Shown here: positions 37,732 to 51,267 of the stretch, in pieces
Layout: every line of letters starts with the position of its first letter
How positions within the stretch are numbered: position 1 is the stretch's first letter
Origin: Chiloscyllium plagiosum
Lineage: Eukaryota
Assembly (NCBI RefSeq): GCF_004010195.1
Contig: NC_057719.1
Span: forward strand, 73,630,969 to 73,694,968
Length of the DNA stretch: 64,000 nucleotides
Direction of reading: 5' to 3'
Made by a program: the position numbers and the translations under genes
Notes under the pieces: model-generated
Seen by the model: the letters and a program-made list of their open reading frames with translations, nothing else
What the model was told of the DNA's origin: nothing
Database searches by the model: none

Positions 37732-37919
37732 GTGTTGGACAATGCAATTGAAACGCAGAAAATGATCGACAAATATGAACAACTAGCATCTGACTTGCTA
37801 ATCTGGATTGAGCAAACCATCATTGTCCTCAACAGTCGGAAGTTTGCCAACTCATTGGCTGGAGTGCAACAACAGCTACAGGCCTTCAACACTTACCGCA
37901 CAGTAGAAAAACCTTCCAA
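37732..37919 (+). CDS. sptb: Beta-spectrin exon (repeat 1: [28 protein letters not shown]...YRTVEKPSK)
   Basis: cag|GTG...AA|gtaagt, 188 nt. Confidence 0.96.
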
Positions 37920-38890
37920 GTAAGTTGCAGAAGCAGAGCTGCTGTGTGCTTCAGCATCTGCTTACAGCATTTTAAATGTTTTCTGTTGCACAACTACCTT
38001 TGATGTTTATAGTCCAGTGGAATTACTCAATGCTTATTAATTGCACATTCTCCCCGTGTCCTCTGGGTGCTCCGGTTTCCCCCCACAATCCAAAGATGCG
38101 CAGGTTAGGTGAAATGACCAGGCTAAATTGCCCATAGTGTTAGGTGCATTAGTCAGGGATAAATATAGGGTAGGGGAATGGGTCTGGGTGGGTTACTCCT
38201 CGGAGGGTCCTGGTGGACTTGTTGGGCCAAAGGACCTGTTTCCACACTGGAGGGAATCTGATCTAATTGCACCAAGGCCATTGGTGATAACAGATGAAGC
38301 AGATTGGAATAGAAGTCTCTCCATTAAAATTGTACAAAAGTGTTATCAGGATGATACTGTTGGTCTTCAGAAGGCCATTTTGGACCAGTTAGATTTCCAC
38401 TAGTGCATGGTACATAGGTAAAAGATGCTCTTTTGGAAACCTCTGCAAAAATAATCTGCTTTCAAAAGCAGAAAGCGCCTGTCACATCAACATTATTTAG
38501 AGGGATCATCAGTTACTTTTTCAGTTTGGCTGTTGCCACAATTCTACAAGTTTGTGTTGCTTCTACAGTGGTTTCAAGTTTTCAAAAGCTGACAGAGTGC
38601 TGTGTGTGGTTTGGTGTGGTGAGCATTCAGGGTCTTTTGTCTTTCCAGCAGAGCTAAGATGCAAGAATGAAGTAAAGGTGTGAATTTTGAGTGAGTGGTG
38701 ATTATGCCCGCTTGGCACACTAGCCTCACTCCTGAAGAAGGGCTTATGCCCAAAACATTGATTCTCCTGCTTCCTGGCCTGCTGTGTTTTTCCAGCACCA
38801 CATTTTTCAACTATGGTTCAGAGTGTGAGGCTAATAGCACAGCCGTTTCAAAGATATAATCATTGACCTTGACTACTCATGAGATCATGA

Positions 38891-39200
38891 GGGCAGCACG
38901 GTGGCTCAGTAGTTAGCACTGCTGCCTCACAGCAACAGGATACCAGGTTCGATTCCAGCCTTGGGCGATTGTCTGTGTGGAGTTTGAACATTCTCCCCGT
39001 GTCTGTGTGGGTTTCCTCCGGGTGCTCCGGTTTCGTCCCAAGATGTGCAAGTCAAATGAATTGGCCATTCTAAATTGCCCATAGTATTAGGTGCATTAGT
39101 CAGAGGGGAAACAGGTCTGGGTGGGTTACTCTTCGGAGGGTCGGTGTGGACTGGTTGGGCCTCAGGGCCTGTTTCCACACTGAAGGGAATCTAATCTAAT
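38891..39200 (+). mobile_element. HE1-like tRNA-derived SINE, full length; other copies at about 38040-38267(+), 46290-46583(-), 52768-53090(-), 53546-53815(-), 58536-58828(+), 60619-60881(+) and 61445-61735(-)
   Basis: Pol III A box tggctcagtagttag and B box ggttcgattcc, CR1-like 3' end and (aatct)n tail. The copies are mutually alignable. Confidence 0.88.
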
Positions 39201-40339
39201 TACAACATGTCACCCAGCCCTCTGGGCTTGACCGCTGGCACTGAACTCCGGTGCCTTCTGAGTGTGTGGCCTCCATATGAACATAAGACAGCTCCCTTTC
39301 TTTCACTCTCCTTTGCCAAGGTCTCTAGTTCGACCCAAATATCTTGGAACCTGCGCAGTGCTATTATTCACTATTTCCCAGGACAGATTCATTTCCAGAC
39401 TGCTGCCAATATCTGCAGTAGCCACAATGCATCTCCCCTTTAAGCAGTGCAGGCTGGCTTTAACTGGTGCCAGCCACCCGTGGTTCCTTTCTGTGTAGGC
39501 ATCCAGCCAATTAACAGCACGTGGCTATTTAGTGAAATCATTGAAGTGATCAGGCAGACTGAAGTCTGCGTTGCAATTAGTGGCCGTGAATTCATTGTGA
39601 TTCTCGACCAATTGCAACCAGATTTGGCCTTCATTACATTCTTTTGTATAGAACATGAAAAATGTCTTTTTGCCTTTAAATAAATTTACCAGATCCATAT
39701 GTAAATCAAGATATGATTAGGCTTTGTTACTAAGGAGGGCAAATGTCTGAAGGAAGCATAAGAGTCAGAATGTGTTGTAAAAATTGTGCAGTTCTTGTAA
39801 CCCCATCTGGTCAATTCATTTCCGTAGTGAAAGGCAAGGGTCTGTATCCATGCTGTATATCTCTATGACTCTATGACTCTAAATCTAATTGATATAAGAC
39901 TCCATCTCTCACTATGTCATGGACTCAATGGAACATAGACAATAAGAAGCAAGGGGCAGGTCTTTCGGCCCCTCAAACCTGCCCTTGCATTCGACCAGAA
40001 TGGGGTTGATCTTCCAGCTGAGCATCATCACCCTGCACTGTCCCTTATCCCTTTGAAAATATTTTATCTAGAAATCCCTGGGTCTCTGTCTTGAACATAC
40101 TCAATGAGTGGAGATTTTCAAAGGTTCTTGGCTATCTGAGTGAAGAAATTCCTCCTCATCTCTGTCTAAAACTTAGAAACTTATGCTGTCAAGGTAACCA
40201 TGGATAAAATGTGGCCTGGTGAATGGGCGGCTCAGTGGTTAGCACTGCTACCTCATGGAGTTAGTATCTCGGTTTGATTCCAGCCTGGGGTGACTCTGTA
40301 GGGTCTGCACGTTCTCCTCGTGTCTGCGTAGGATTTCAG

Positions 40340-41371
40340 TCGGGTGCTCCAGTTTCCTCCCATGGTTGGGGCTTAGGAGGTTGAGAGGTGACATTATGGA
40401 AGTTTATAAAATCATAAGGAGCATAAGTGAGGTGAATAGCTAAGGCTTTTTCCCTAAGGTGGGGGAGTTCAAAACTAGGGGGCATAACTTTAAGGTGAGA
40501 GGAGAAAGATTTATAAAGGACATGAGTGGTTTTTTACACGTGTGGAATGAACTGCCAGAGGAAGAAGCGGTGGATTTGTGTACAGTTGCAATGTTTAAAG
40601 TACATTTGGATAAGTACATGAATGTGAAAGGTTTGGAGGTATGTGGGCCAAATGCAAGCAGCTGGGATGAGTTTAGTTTGGCAACATGACATGATCTAGT
40701 TGGAGCAAAGTGTCTGTTTCCATGCTGTATGATTTTCCTTCTCTAAAGATGTGGGGATCAGGTGGATTAACCATAGTAAATTGTGTGTATTGTCCAAGAG
40801 TGTGCAGGCTAGGTAGATTAGCCATTGTAAATGCAGGGTTATGATCGGGTGCTCCAGTTTCTTCCCATGGTTGGGGCTGAGGAGGTTGAGAGGTGACATT
40901 ATGGAAATTTATAAAATCATAAGGAGCATAAGTGAGGTGAATAGCTAAGGCTTTTTCCCTTAGGTGGGGGAGTTCAAAACTAGGGGGTATAACTTTAAGG
41001 TGAGAGAAGAAAGATTTATAAAGGACATGAGGGGCACCTTTTACCCACAGTGAGTGGTTTTTTACACGTGTGGAATGAACTGCCAGAGGAAGAAGCAGTG
41101 GATATGTGTACAGTTACAATGTTTAAAGCACATTTGGATAAGTACATGAATGTGAAAGGTTTGGAGGTATGTGGGCCAAATGAAAGCAGCTGGGATGAGT
41201 TTAGTTTGGCAACATGACATGATCTAGTTGGAGCAAAGTGCCTGTTTCCATGCTGTATGATTTTCCTTCTCTAAAGATGTGGGGATCAGGTGGATTAACC
41301 ATAGTAAATTGTGTGTATTGTCCAAGAGTGTGCAGGCCAGGTAGATTAGCCATTGTAAATGCAGGGTTATG
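40340..41371 (+). repeat. About 500-bp tandem duplication (40340-40843 / 40845-41371) of a SINE-CR1-SINE junction
   Basis: Near-identical units starting tcgggtgctccagtttc. The first copy lacks about 23 nt (ggggcaccttttacccacagtga). Confidence 0.92.
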
Positions 41372-42591
41372 GGGATAGAATGGGGGGTTGAGTTGGGTCT
41401 GGGTGGGATGCTCTTTGGAGGGTCGGTGCAGACCTGGTGGGCTGAATGGCCTCTTTCTGCTCTCTAGGGATTCTATGATTCTAAATGCTGTGTTGCTAGT
41501 GTCTCCACAATCCAAGAGCAAAATATTGTAATATCAGCTGAATGGTTAATTTCAGGCCACTAGCTCTACTCTTTTGCTTGGCATAATAAATACATGTTTT
41601 ATTCCTGTTGATTTGGAAATTGTTAATGCCAACTTAATGTAGCTGACAATGGAATTGTGAAGAACTTTTATAATGGAGGGGACCCTGTCTCCACCCTCCC
41701 TCCCCCAAGCAGAAATTGAATCATGCTGATTGATACGTTGTTGATGCCTCTGCCTTTCAACACCCATCCTTGTCCGGTCCAACTGCATTCACCTCACTCA
41801 TACTCTGCTGGCAACAACAGCTGTCATTGTGATAGCTGGCCAATTGTTTTGCCTGCCACTGCGTAGTTTCCTACACGTACTGATTTGGGACTTCCAGCCA
41901 GAAATCAAATCTTTCAGAGTTCGAGAGACAGGCAAAAAATCTTCCCCAACACTGTCCCCTTCAGTTGGCACAGGTGATTACATCCAACATTTTGCACTTG
42001 CCTCTGGCATCCTCCCTGTCCTTCTGTGTGGTGCCAAGTCGCCATTGTGCAGACGACTTGAAAATCAGCCAAGAGCCTCCCGGTCAGTGCAGTGCTGTGT
42101 AATCAGCTTCTGTCTATGACCAGGTAAAGGTTATGAACCAGTTAAATGTCAAACTATGTTTGTTTCGCATTCCAGCACGACTGGATAAACCAACGCAGCA
42201 GAAGCCCTTTCAAATGGCTTATACACTTGTAATCAGCATTTTGTTTCTCTGTGCAATGCTGAAGGTGGAGTGCATTCTGTAGAAGACCCAAGATTTAAGG
42301 CGTACAAATAACCACATAAAGCTTGAACTGCTTGATCACTTTGGTGCCTAAAATAGACTTTAACAATAACAAAACTTAAGCAGCAGAACTGCACGGCATT
42401 GCTTTGGCATCTTTGCTGAAAGGACGAATGAAATATTTTCTCAAATTGTCATGGCAGTCTTCTCTGCATGAACACTAAGGTCTAATTTCCAGTGCACAGT
42501 TTCAGAGCTGTTGTAGCGTTTCTTTTTGGTTTTAATGTATTCTTTCTTTTGAATTGTATCAAAAATGACAAAAGCTGCCATCCTTCAACAG

Positions 42592-42709
42592 GTTCCAGGA
42601 GAAGGGTAATCTCGAGGTGCTACTGTTCTCTATCCAGAGCAGGATGAGGGCAAACAATCAGAAAGTGTATACACCGCATGAGGGGAAGCTCATCTCCGAT
42701 ATTAACAGG
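42592..42709 (+). CDS. sptb: Beta-spectrin exon ([39 protein letters not shown])
   Basis: cag|G TTC...AGG|gtaaga, 118 nt. FQEKG, QSRMR, VYTPH and DINR are SPTB-diagnostic versus SPTBN1. Not in the ORF track. Confidence 0.96.
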
Positions 42710-44179
42710 GTAAGAGCTTCCTGCATTCACCATTTTCACCAGTCTGTTTGAGAATGCAGAACAACCCAAACGTCTTTAAACTTTTTAATTGTGATTGAAT
42801 TTAACCCTCGGATAAGGGAGATTTACAGAGGCATTCTAATAGAGCAGCTGGTGATTGGAATTCAATTAAACAAGTATACTGGGGAGAGTTTGTAGGTATA
42901 AAGGGTACATCAGAGTTCTATTTGTCATTTGCAAATAAATTAATCAGATCAACTGTCCCATGCAAACATTCAGTTTTAAGTTCCATATGTAGGTAAACAC
43001 ATTTTGATTGTTATTTTACTTGTGTTAAAAAGTTCCCTTTTTCAAAATGATACTTCTGTAGGTATGTTGTGCAGAGGGAACTCACTTGTATTTTCATTCT
43101 GAAAATGTTCATTTCAATAGTAGACTTTGTATATTTTCACCCATTTTGCTTGCTTCCTCCTGTTGAACAGAGTTTGCATTTCTGATATTCCTTGCAGATG
43201 TCTCTAAGTGCGTTGTATGAAGTAAAACACTGTCAAACACTGTCCCCTGTGCTTGCAGCAGAAGTGGTTATAGATGCTTCATATCATTCTGACAGAGCCC
43301 ACATTATTTTTATTTGCTCTCAGGATGCATTGTCATTAGCAGGGCCAGCATTTATTGTCCATCCCTAATTATCCTTTATTGATCTTTTCACCACAACAAG
43401 GTGAATTGTATTTCATCAGTAAGTTTTCCGAACAACTTTGCAGGGCAATGCAGGCTTGTGCAGATCCACACTGGATAGTGGTTAACAGTGGGATCTTAGC
43501 TCCCTGTTTAAAACCCCTCTCCCCAACCTGCAGACACTGAAAGCCCACGTTTCTTTCCTGATAGAAATCCTGAAATCGGTCGAGGTAGAGGGTCAGACAT
43601 GAGTGTGCTCTCCTAGCGTATTAGAAATGATGAGCCCTTCCTTTATGATTGTGATCACATTGAAAACTGAGTGCGATGAAAATGAGCATTCAATCACAAT
43701 TCTAAAACTTTTTTGGATTGTTTGGATGAAAGAATCTTTTGGAGCCCTTCTCCCTCAATGTTACTTGGGTACATTGTGAACTTTGTGTCATTTATTCCAC
43801 GTTCTCATAGTCTCATGTATTGCCTTCAGCAATGGGAAGTCAATTAAATAACCCGGTTGTAAATGCCATTCAGGAGCAGCTCACAAAAATACTTGGTCAT
43901 GTCGGCATAGCTGAGAAAATTAATCTAAGGACATGGGATTGAACCAGCAGTTCACTCAGTGTCCTGGCTCCAAGGATTCCATGACACTCTAATATCACAC
44001 CAACAGTTTCTTTTCTGTGAAACCAATGAATGAGGGCAAGGACATTCACATGGAACAAGCAATTTCAGTTCACTGAATTAAACCAGTTTCACATCAGCCA
44101 AGCAAAAATGTTTTTATTAAGTGATAGCTTCTCTAACATCTCATCATTTGTGACCTTTGTATCTGGTGAATACGCTTAG

Positions 44180-44338
44180 GGCTGGGAACGGCTGGAGAAA
44201 GCAGAGCACGAACGTGAGTTGGCCCTGAGAAATGAACTTATCAGACAAGAGAAACTGGAGCAGCTGGCTCGCCGTTTTGACCGCAAGGCACTTATGAGAG
44301 AGACGTGGCTATGTGAGAATCAGCGGCTTGTTTCGCAG
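44180..44338 (+). CDS. sptb: Beta-spectrin exon ([53 protein letters not shown])
   Basis: tag|GGC...CAG|gtaaca, 159 nt. Not in the ORF track. Confidence 0.96.
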
Positions 44339-46110
44339 GTAACAAACCATTTCGTTTAATCACAGAAAATGAGCAACAGATATACAGTGAGCCAATGGGT
44401 AAGGCAGTATTATTAGGAAGATACTGAAAGACCTTATCAATTTGCAGATTGCTCTAAGCACAGACCCCATTTATCAATGACGATTTTACAGTCTGTTCCC
44501 AGTCTAAATTTGGTACAATGTCTGGGAGTTAATGAGAAATGTAATTGCGCAGAATTATACATGTAACCATGCTTTATAGTTCCTTATTCTCACAAATTTC
44601 AAATCTGTAATTCCCCTTGGGACAGAAACCATATTGTAGTGAGCAAACAATGTGCCAGCGTACTAGTATGAATGCTGTTTACATGAAGGTGAAACTCAAA
44701 TGGCTACTCGTTCTAATTTCCTTTCCATCTTCGTGTGAATGCAGTTAAACTCCAAATGGCATTGCATGTGATTTTAGAATGGATTTATACCATTAATTGC
44801 CTATTTTCCAGTTGTACAGCTGAATATATGAGAAATCAGCATGCTGTGCCATCCATAATTAATCAGTTTTATTTTTGACACAGAAATGATACTCAGCTTT
44901 AATGGCTGATGTAAAAACATAGAAGTCTAGGTCGATATGCAGCATATTCAGAAACTTACACTTGCACCATTGTAAACATGTGATGTGTGTAAAATATGTA
45001 TAATGTGATACATGATTTTTGAAATAGTATTTTGTTGCCTATGGAGTAGACATGTTGTCATACTTAGTGTAGATAATTGTATGAAATCCTTTCTGGTTTA
45101 TTATCAAGTGTAGTTGATAATATTTTCAAAGGGTAATTTGGAACTTTATTATTTTCAGGAACTATATTGTTAATGTCTACTATTTGTTTTGTAATCACTT
45201 CCCAGAACCAACTCACCTTGCTTCCTCTTGTTATGCATCCTTAACTACTGAAATGACACATACAATGGTGAACATGCCACTTTGAAAATGGGATAAGTTT
45301 ATGTATGCACCAAAATGTGCAGCTCTGCGCTGCGTAACCTGTCATCATAAAACCAAAGGGGAGTGTAGCAGGAATCCATGGTAGTTTTATCACCAGACAT
45401 TATGTTTAAGCTGTGACATTCTTATAAATGCTCACTTGAAGATCTTACCTGTGTTCTGGTGACTCATTCGCTCAGCTAACTGGGTAGCTAGAATGTGCTT
45501 CTGAATAGGCTCAACAACACAAGTTTAATTCCCATTCAACTGGAGACCTGCCTCCATGCCCTGCCCCCAAGACTGAAAGGCACTGGCCAATGACCTGACA
45601 AAAGTTATCAGGAAAATGGCTCAGAATGAAGCATGAGCAGAGAATGAGCCAAGACTTTCCTTTGGGCAGACTACACATATGTTCTGTCCCTACCCATCTG
45701 ACTATACCTCAAAGATGGCAAGAAACATTTTTGCAGTGTTACACAGTGAAACTGCTTGGAATAGTTATCAGTGGTGCTCAGTATTATCTTAAAGTTATTA
45801 ATTTTGTAGCATTGGCATAGATATAAGTGAATGTTTTCAATATTGAAGTTTATTTTCAAAGATGTATTCAACATAATGTCACAATCTTATGTCTTTGACT
45901 CTTTGCCATCGCCCAGAGATTTTTTTCACAAAAAAATATTATTTTGTAGCAGCAATTCAGGATGGTGAAGGCAAAGTATTAATAAAGTTCTTTGTCAGTT
46001 TTACTTGAGTAGTGTACTGCATTGAATCAGTAGATAGTTTATTAGAATCCATGAATTTGGCTGGCCCCTCAGATATACATTCCTTGTTTAAGTTGAATGT
46101 TGTAACTAAA

Positions 46111-47108
46111 GGACTGGATCTTGCTGGATGACAGCCTCTTGTAGAGTTTTAGCTCGACTGTTTCCTGTAGCCTTTAGCACAAAATATTTTTCCAGCACAT
46201 CTTGTTGGAATGCAAGTTGATAGCAACACCATCCAGGGCCTTAGTGAACATTGGAATTGGCATACCTCTGTAACCAGTGCAGCTTATGAATTGAGAATTA
46301 TAGAATCCCTACAATGTGGAAGCAGGCCATTCAGCGCAGACCCAACCCCCCCACCCTATAACTCTACATTTCCCATGGCTAATTCACCAAACCTATACAT
46401 TCCTAGACACTATGTGCCAGTCTACCTAATCTGCACATGCTTGGACTGTGGGAAGAAACCAGAGCACCCAGAGAAAACCCACACAGAAAATGTGCAAACT
46501 CCATACAGAATGTTGCCTGAGGCTGGAAACGAACTTGGTGCTGTGAGGCAGCAGTGGTAACCACTGAGCCACCATGCCACCCCAGTGAGAAAGGAATAGA
46601 GGAATGCCTGAGAAGGTGGATGAATTACAGTAAAATCAGCTAAAAAATAAAGGGAAGGAAAGAAATATTTAGATTAAGGGAGTGAAAAAAGGTAAAGAAA
46701 ATTGAAGAAACAAAATTAAAAATATAATTTGATGTATTTAAAATCTCTAGTAACAATTGACAGCATGCAGGAATGACATTGAGCATTTTAAATTGTCCCC
46801 TTTCAAAGCTGGAATAGTTGCATTAGCAGTTATCATGTTGATGAGGTGATTTGTTACATTTCAGGGTTGCTGTTCTGTTAGGAGTTTAAGGGGTAATGTG
46901 AAAGTTCATCAAGATTTAGCAATAACAGTGAGGTTGAGGGCAAGGTGCTATTGGTCACGAGAAAGTAGCAGAGTGGTGTAAATCTGCTGGAAAGTTTTGG
47001 AGATTTGTGATTCAGCTGTTGTATCTCAATCTGGTGAATTTGGTCAATTTGCACATTAATAATAATGCATTGTTAAATCATAATTATTTTACCAGCAAGA
47101 TCCAGACT
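46111..47108. mobile_element. Putative non-autonomous DNA transposon (~1 kb) with a nested SINE
   Basis: Perfect 14-bp inverted repeat ctggatcttgctgg (46114-46127) / ccagcaagatccag (47092-47105). Confidence 0.5.
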
Positions 47109-47804
47109 ATTGTACTTCCAAAGCACATAAACATCATTGCAAGATAGGAATTATTTCAGGTTCCAAATACCACTGCACACATTCTAATGCAACTATCTAC
47201 TGGTGGTTATGTTGTCTGAATAAACAGTCTGTATCTGGATCTTGGGATTCAGAGCTGATGATGACATTTGAATGTTAAATTGCATTGGTCAGCTCGCTTT
47301 CACCTTCCTGCCACAGAATCTGTTCAATCAGACACTATAGCCAAAATAAAAGTGCTTGGTGTTTATTTTTGCTGCATTGCATTGGATGAAGTGCTATTTG
47401 CATTTTGTTGATAATGCAGGCTTGAAAGCAACATGTGAAGACATATAACATTATAGGATGATGTTCTGCTGTGGCCTTCTTTGTGTTTACTTTTCATCCT
47501 GAGTTATTTTCTGATCCATTTATTACTTCCTGTGGCTGTCTCAATGTGCTGATGTTTCTGGCTTCTGATGCAGTGTTCTTGCATGTTACTGTAAATTGAG
47601 AACAATATATAGTTTATGGATGCTTCAGTCATTTTACAAAAGTGCCAAGCATGTTTACATTGACATTGATTTGGCCTGACAAGTGGCAAAGTTGACGTAC
47701 AAGTTTGCTGTTTCTCTTTCATTCAGTCATAGGGGTAAAACTTATCACTGAGTAGTTCTAGTTTCTGAAGTATTTATCATTTAATTTGTACAATTTGACC
47801 ACAG

Positions 47805-48107
47805 GATAATTTTGGCTATGATCTGTCTGCTGTGGAAGCAGCTATGAAGAAGCATGAGGCAATCGAGGCTGATATTGCTGCTTATGAAGAACGTGTGCAG
47901 GCCCTTGTGGATGTGTCACTGGAACTGGAGGCTGAAAATTACCATGATATTAAACGTATTAATGCCAGAAAGGACAACATTATGCGGCTGTGGGAGTACC
48001 TGTTGGAGCTGCTTAATGCGAGGCGAGCAAGACTGGAAATGAACTTGGCCCTTCAGAAGATTTTCCAGGAGATGCTTCATATCATTGATTGGATGGATGA
48101 AATGAAA
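47805..48107 (+). CDS. sptb: Beta-spectrin exon (repeat 2: [24 protein letters not shown]...IIDWMDEMK)
   Basis: cag|GAT...AAA|gtaggt, 303 nt. Confidence 0.95.
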
Positions 48108-48962
48108 GTAGGTGCTACGATGAGATCTTTTTGGGTATATATCATGTACTCATGTGTTGACATTCTTGTACTAATGGGGCAAAGGCAATGAATGATTATT
48201 TGGACCTTCCAATATCATCGATTCTCCTTTGGAAAAATAAAATTGCAGCATAATTGATAGACCACTTTATTGGTTTGTTTTCAGATTTTTTTTCTAGATT
48301 CGACAATTTTACAAGTTTCATACGATAGTAGAACTGCCATTACCGTTTCAGTTTTGTCAGCTAACCCAGTTTCCACCACTCTCTAGCTTTGTGCTGGGGA
48401 ATTAATGGGCAGAATAAAGCTATTATTAATGATTATTTGCCGCTAATCTTATTTTCAGCAGTAAATAAAGGTTGAGTTTCATCATGCTCTGCGGAATGTG
48501 ATTTAAATTTTTCATCCCATTTCTTATAAGTCAGTTTCATTATAAAAAACTTGTTGATCTCGTGTAATAAATCCAAGGGTATCCTGTTTTCTAAATAGGA
48601 GTATCGTATCATGTAAAGTACTATTTAGTGAAATTTGTGTGTATGATACCTGAATTTTACCTGGCCTTTAATCAAATGTAACATATGTATCATATTTAGT
48701 CCTAGTTAAAGTTTTCAAGGGGACCACTTGATTCCTAAACCAAATACTTTCCCAGCTCATCACGGTTAGTATTACACTGGAAATATTGGCTGGCATTTGT
48801 GTCATTTTAAAAACATTTACCTCATGAGGTTCACTTTCTGATTCATGAGTGTGTAACTTACTAAACTTAGAAATAATGGCATTTTGATTTATATGGGTGT
48901 GTGTGTTTGTGTTTTTTTTATCATACTTATTTTAGAAAGCTAATACTTCCCTTTCTTTTCAG

Positions 48963-49113
48963 GTACGACTGCTATCACAGGATTTTGGTAAACATTTAAT
49001 GGGTGTGGAGGACCTGCTTCAAAAACATACACTGGTGGAAGCTGACATTGCGATTCAAGCAGATAGATTGAAGTTGGTTAATGCAGGAGCCCTCAAATTT
49101 GCTGAAGGCGAAG
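48963..49113 (+). CDS. sptb: Beta-spectrin exon (repeat 3: [50 protein letters not shown])
   Basis: Polypyrimidine tract plus cag|GTA...GAA G|gtacct, 151 nt. Confidence 0.95.
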
Positions 49114-49949
49114 GTACCTGTTGATGTTTCTCCTGTAATGTTCTGTACTTCGCATCCTGTTTAAGTCCTAATAAAGACCATCAGTAATTGGCAAAAGCAA
49201 CTGCAAAACTTTGATTTCCGATTTTTGTTGCTGTACCTTTTTATGGAGCCCTTCAACTATTGTATATCCCTGCATAAACACTAGACCTTATATATGTGTA
49301 TGCGTTTTATAACAATTTGCATGAAAAAAGGCTGCACAATTAGACAATCTGTCTTAGTGTTGTTACTTGAGGAATAAGTATTGAACACAATTCACTTTGC
49401 TTTTATTATAGTATAATGGGGATCTGCTGTGGCAACCTGACAAAGCTCACAGAATGTCCATTTAATATCTCACCCAATGATGGTACCTGTACAAATGCCT
49501 CATGAAATTCCACTGTCTTGGTATTTAGGAATAGAGTCCTTTTTTTGTTTCTTCCTTGCTCTTCCACATCAGTTATACTTTGCAATTTGGTATTGTCCAA
49601 GAGTACATCTTTACTTAACCTATTTATCTATGTGGACTTTAAGCAGGATTGCCAATTTAGTATGCAATGTTGTCAAATTTAAGAGCATTTAAAATGCGAA
49701 GAACTGAGGGCAGGAGATTTTGTTTGAACAAAACAAGATTTAGAACCAGTCCAGACAAAAATGGAAGTCTGCCTTTGTTGCTACATATTATGTTTGAAAA
49801 TCATCTTATGTCTTTTGTCTTGAGTAATGCTGGCAATGCAAAATAGATTCTCAAATTAGAATTCAGATTTTTTTTGCTGTTGGTCAGAGTTGCTCATGAT
49901 ATGATTTGTCTATTTCTTCATTACTTTTCATATTAAATTTCTAATCTAG

Positions 49950-50950
49950 AGGGTGGCATCACCGGAAAGGGGATTTGTGACAGGAAACCGAGTGGTGGTT
50001 AATTGATGTTTCTCACACCAGAGGAAGGTTACCTAGGGGTTGATGTTAGTATCCCTGTCTGTCTTGATGTATGTTAATGTCCTAGACTTGACTATGCAGG
50101 GCATAGTGTCAAATTTTGAGGATGATATGAATTTTGGAAGTGAGGTGAGTTGTGAGGAGAATCATTTTGAAATTCAAAACGAGCAGGTCAAATGGATAGA
50201 CAACTTGCAGGTGAAATGTGATGTAAATAGAATGAATTAATCCATTGTGCTTGGAAGATGGGGTCAGGCAGTTGTTTTTAAAGTGTGGTACAATTTTAAA
50301 GTGTATGCAAGAACTAGCTGTACAGTTATGCAAGTGATTGAGGATGGCAAGAAGAATGCTGAATAGAGCATATGGAATACTGGGCTTTATAACAAAGGTA
50401 ATTGAATACAAAAGCAGGAGCATTGTGGTAGATATATATAAAGCATTAGCTTCACCTCAGTTGGAGTGCAGTGTCTAGTTCTAGTCATCACACTTTTGGA
50501 AGGATGTGAAAGATCGAAGTGGGATTCATAAGAATGCTTATAAAATGTTTACTTTTGTTAAACAGATTGAAGAAATTTGTCCTTCTCAGAGAAGATTGGA
50601 AGCAGGTTTGACAGACCTATTCAAAATCGTGAAAGGTCTGGACAGAGTAGATAGCCAGAAAGATCGAGTAAACTCGACATCAGTTGAAAGTGATTGGCCA
50701 AAAAGGTGAAGGTAACATGAGGGAAAAGTTTTCACACAACAAGAGACTAGGATTTGGAATATACTGCCCGAGGATGTGGTAGAGGAAATTTTCATGATAA
50801 TCGATCATTATCTGAAGAGGAAATATCAATGATAGCATGTTGTAAAGACAGTGGACCGAAACCAAGTGAATTCCTTTTGCAGAGGGCTGACACTGACACG
50901 ATAGGCTGAATGTCCACTCTTCTGTGCTGTACCCATTCTCTGATTCTGTG
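49950..50950 (+). mobile_element. Old CR1-clade LINE 3' fragment
   Basis: SNFEDDMNFG (KFADDTK.G consensus), PQLECSV*F and DLFKIVKGLDRVD remnants, with tail. Confidence 0.7.
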
Positions 50951-51267
50951 AAATGAAATCCACCATTGTACCAATTCACTCCATGCAAGTTAGCTTAGGA
51001 ACCTTATTTCCTGTACTATTTACAGCCCGATTGAATTGCCCCAAAGTCTGCTAACCGGTTCAGCAGACCTCATCAGCTAGATCTGATTGATTAATAAGCA
51101 GTTTAGTTTGAAATTGTAATATAGTGAAGGGATCGACTGATGCTGGAAAGTTATGCGCAACTCACTCATTCACATTCTCCCCATATTTTCTGTGAGACTA
51201 AGCGTGGTTGAGCACCACAACATTCTTAATGATGCACTTAACAATTAGTTGTGAATCTCTTTTCCAG

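Noticed and set aside
38891..38960. tRNA-like A/B boxes here and in other copies
   Set aside because: These are SINE heads followed by SINE body and CR1-like tail, not tRNA genes.
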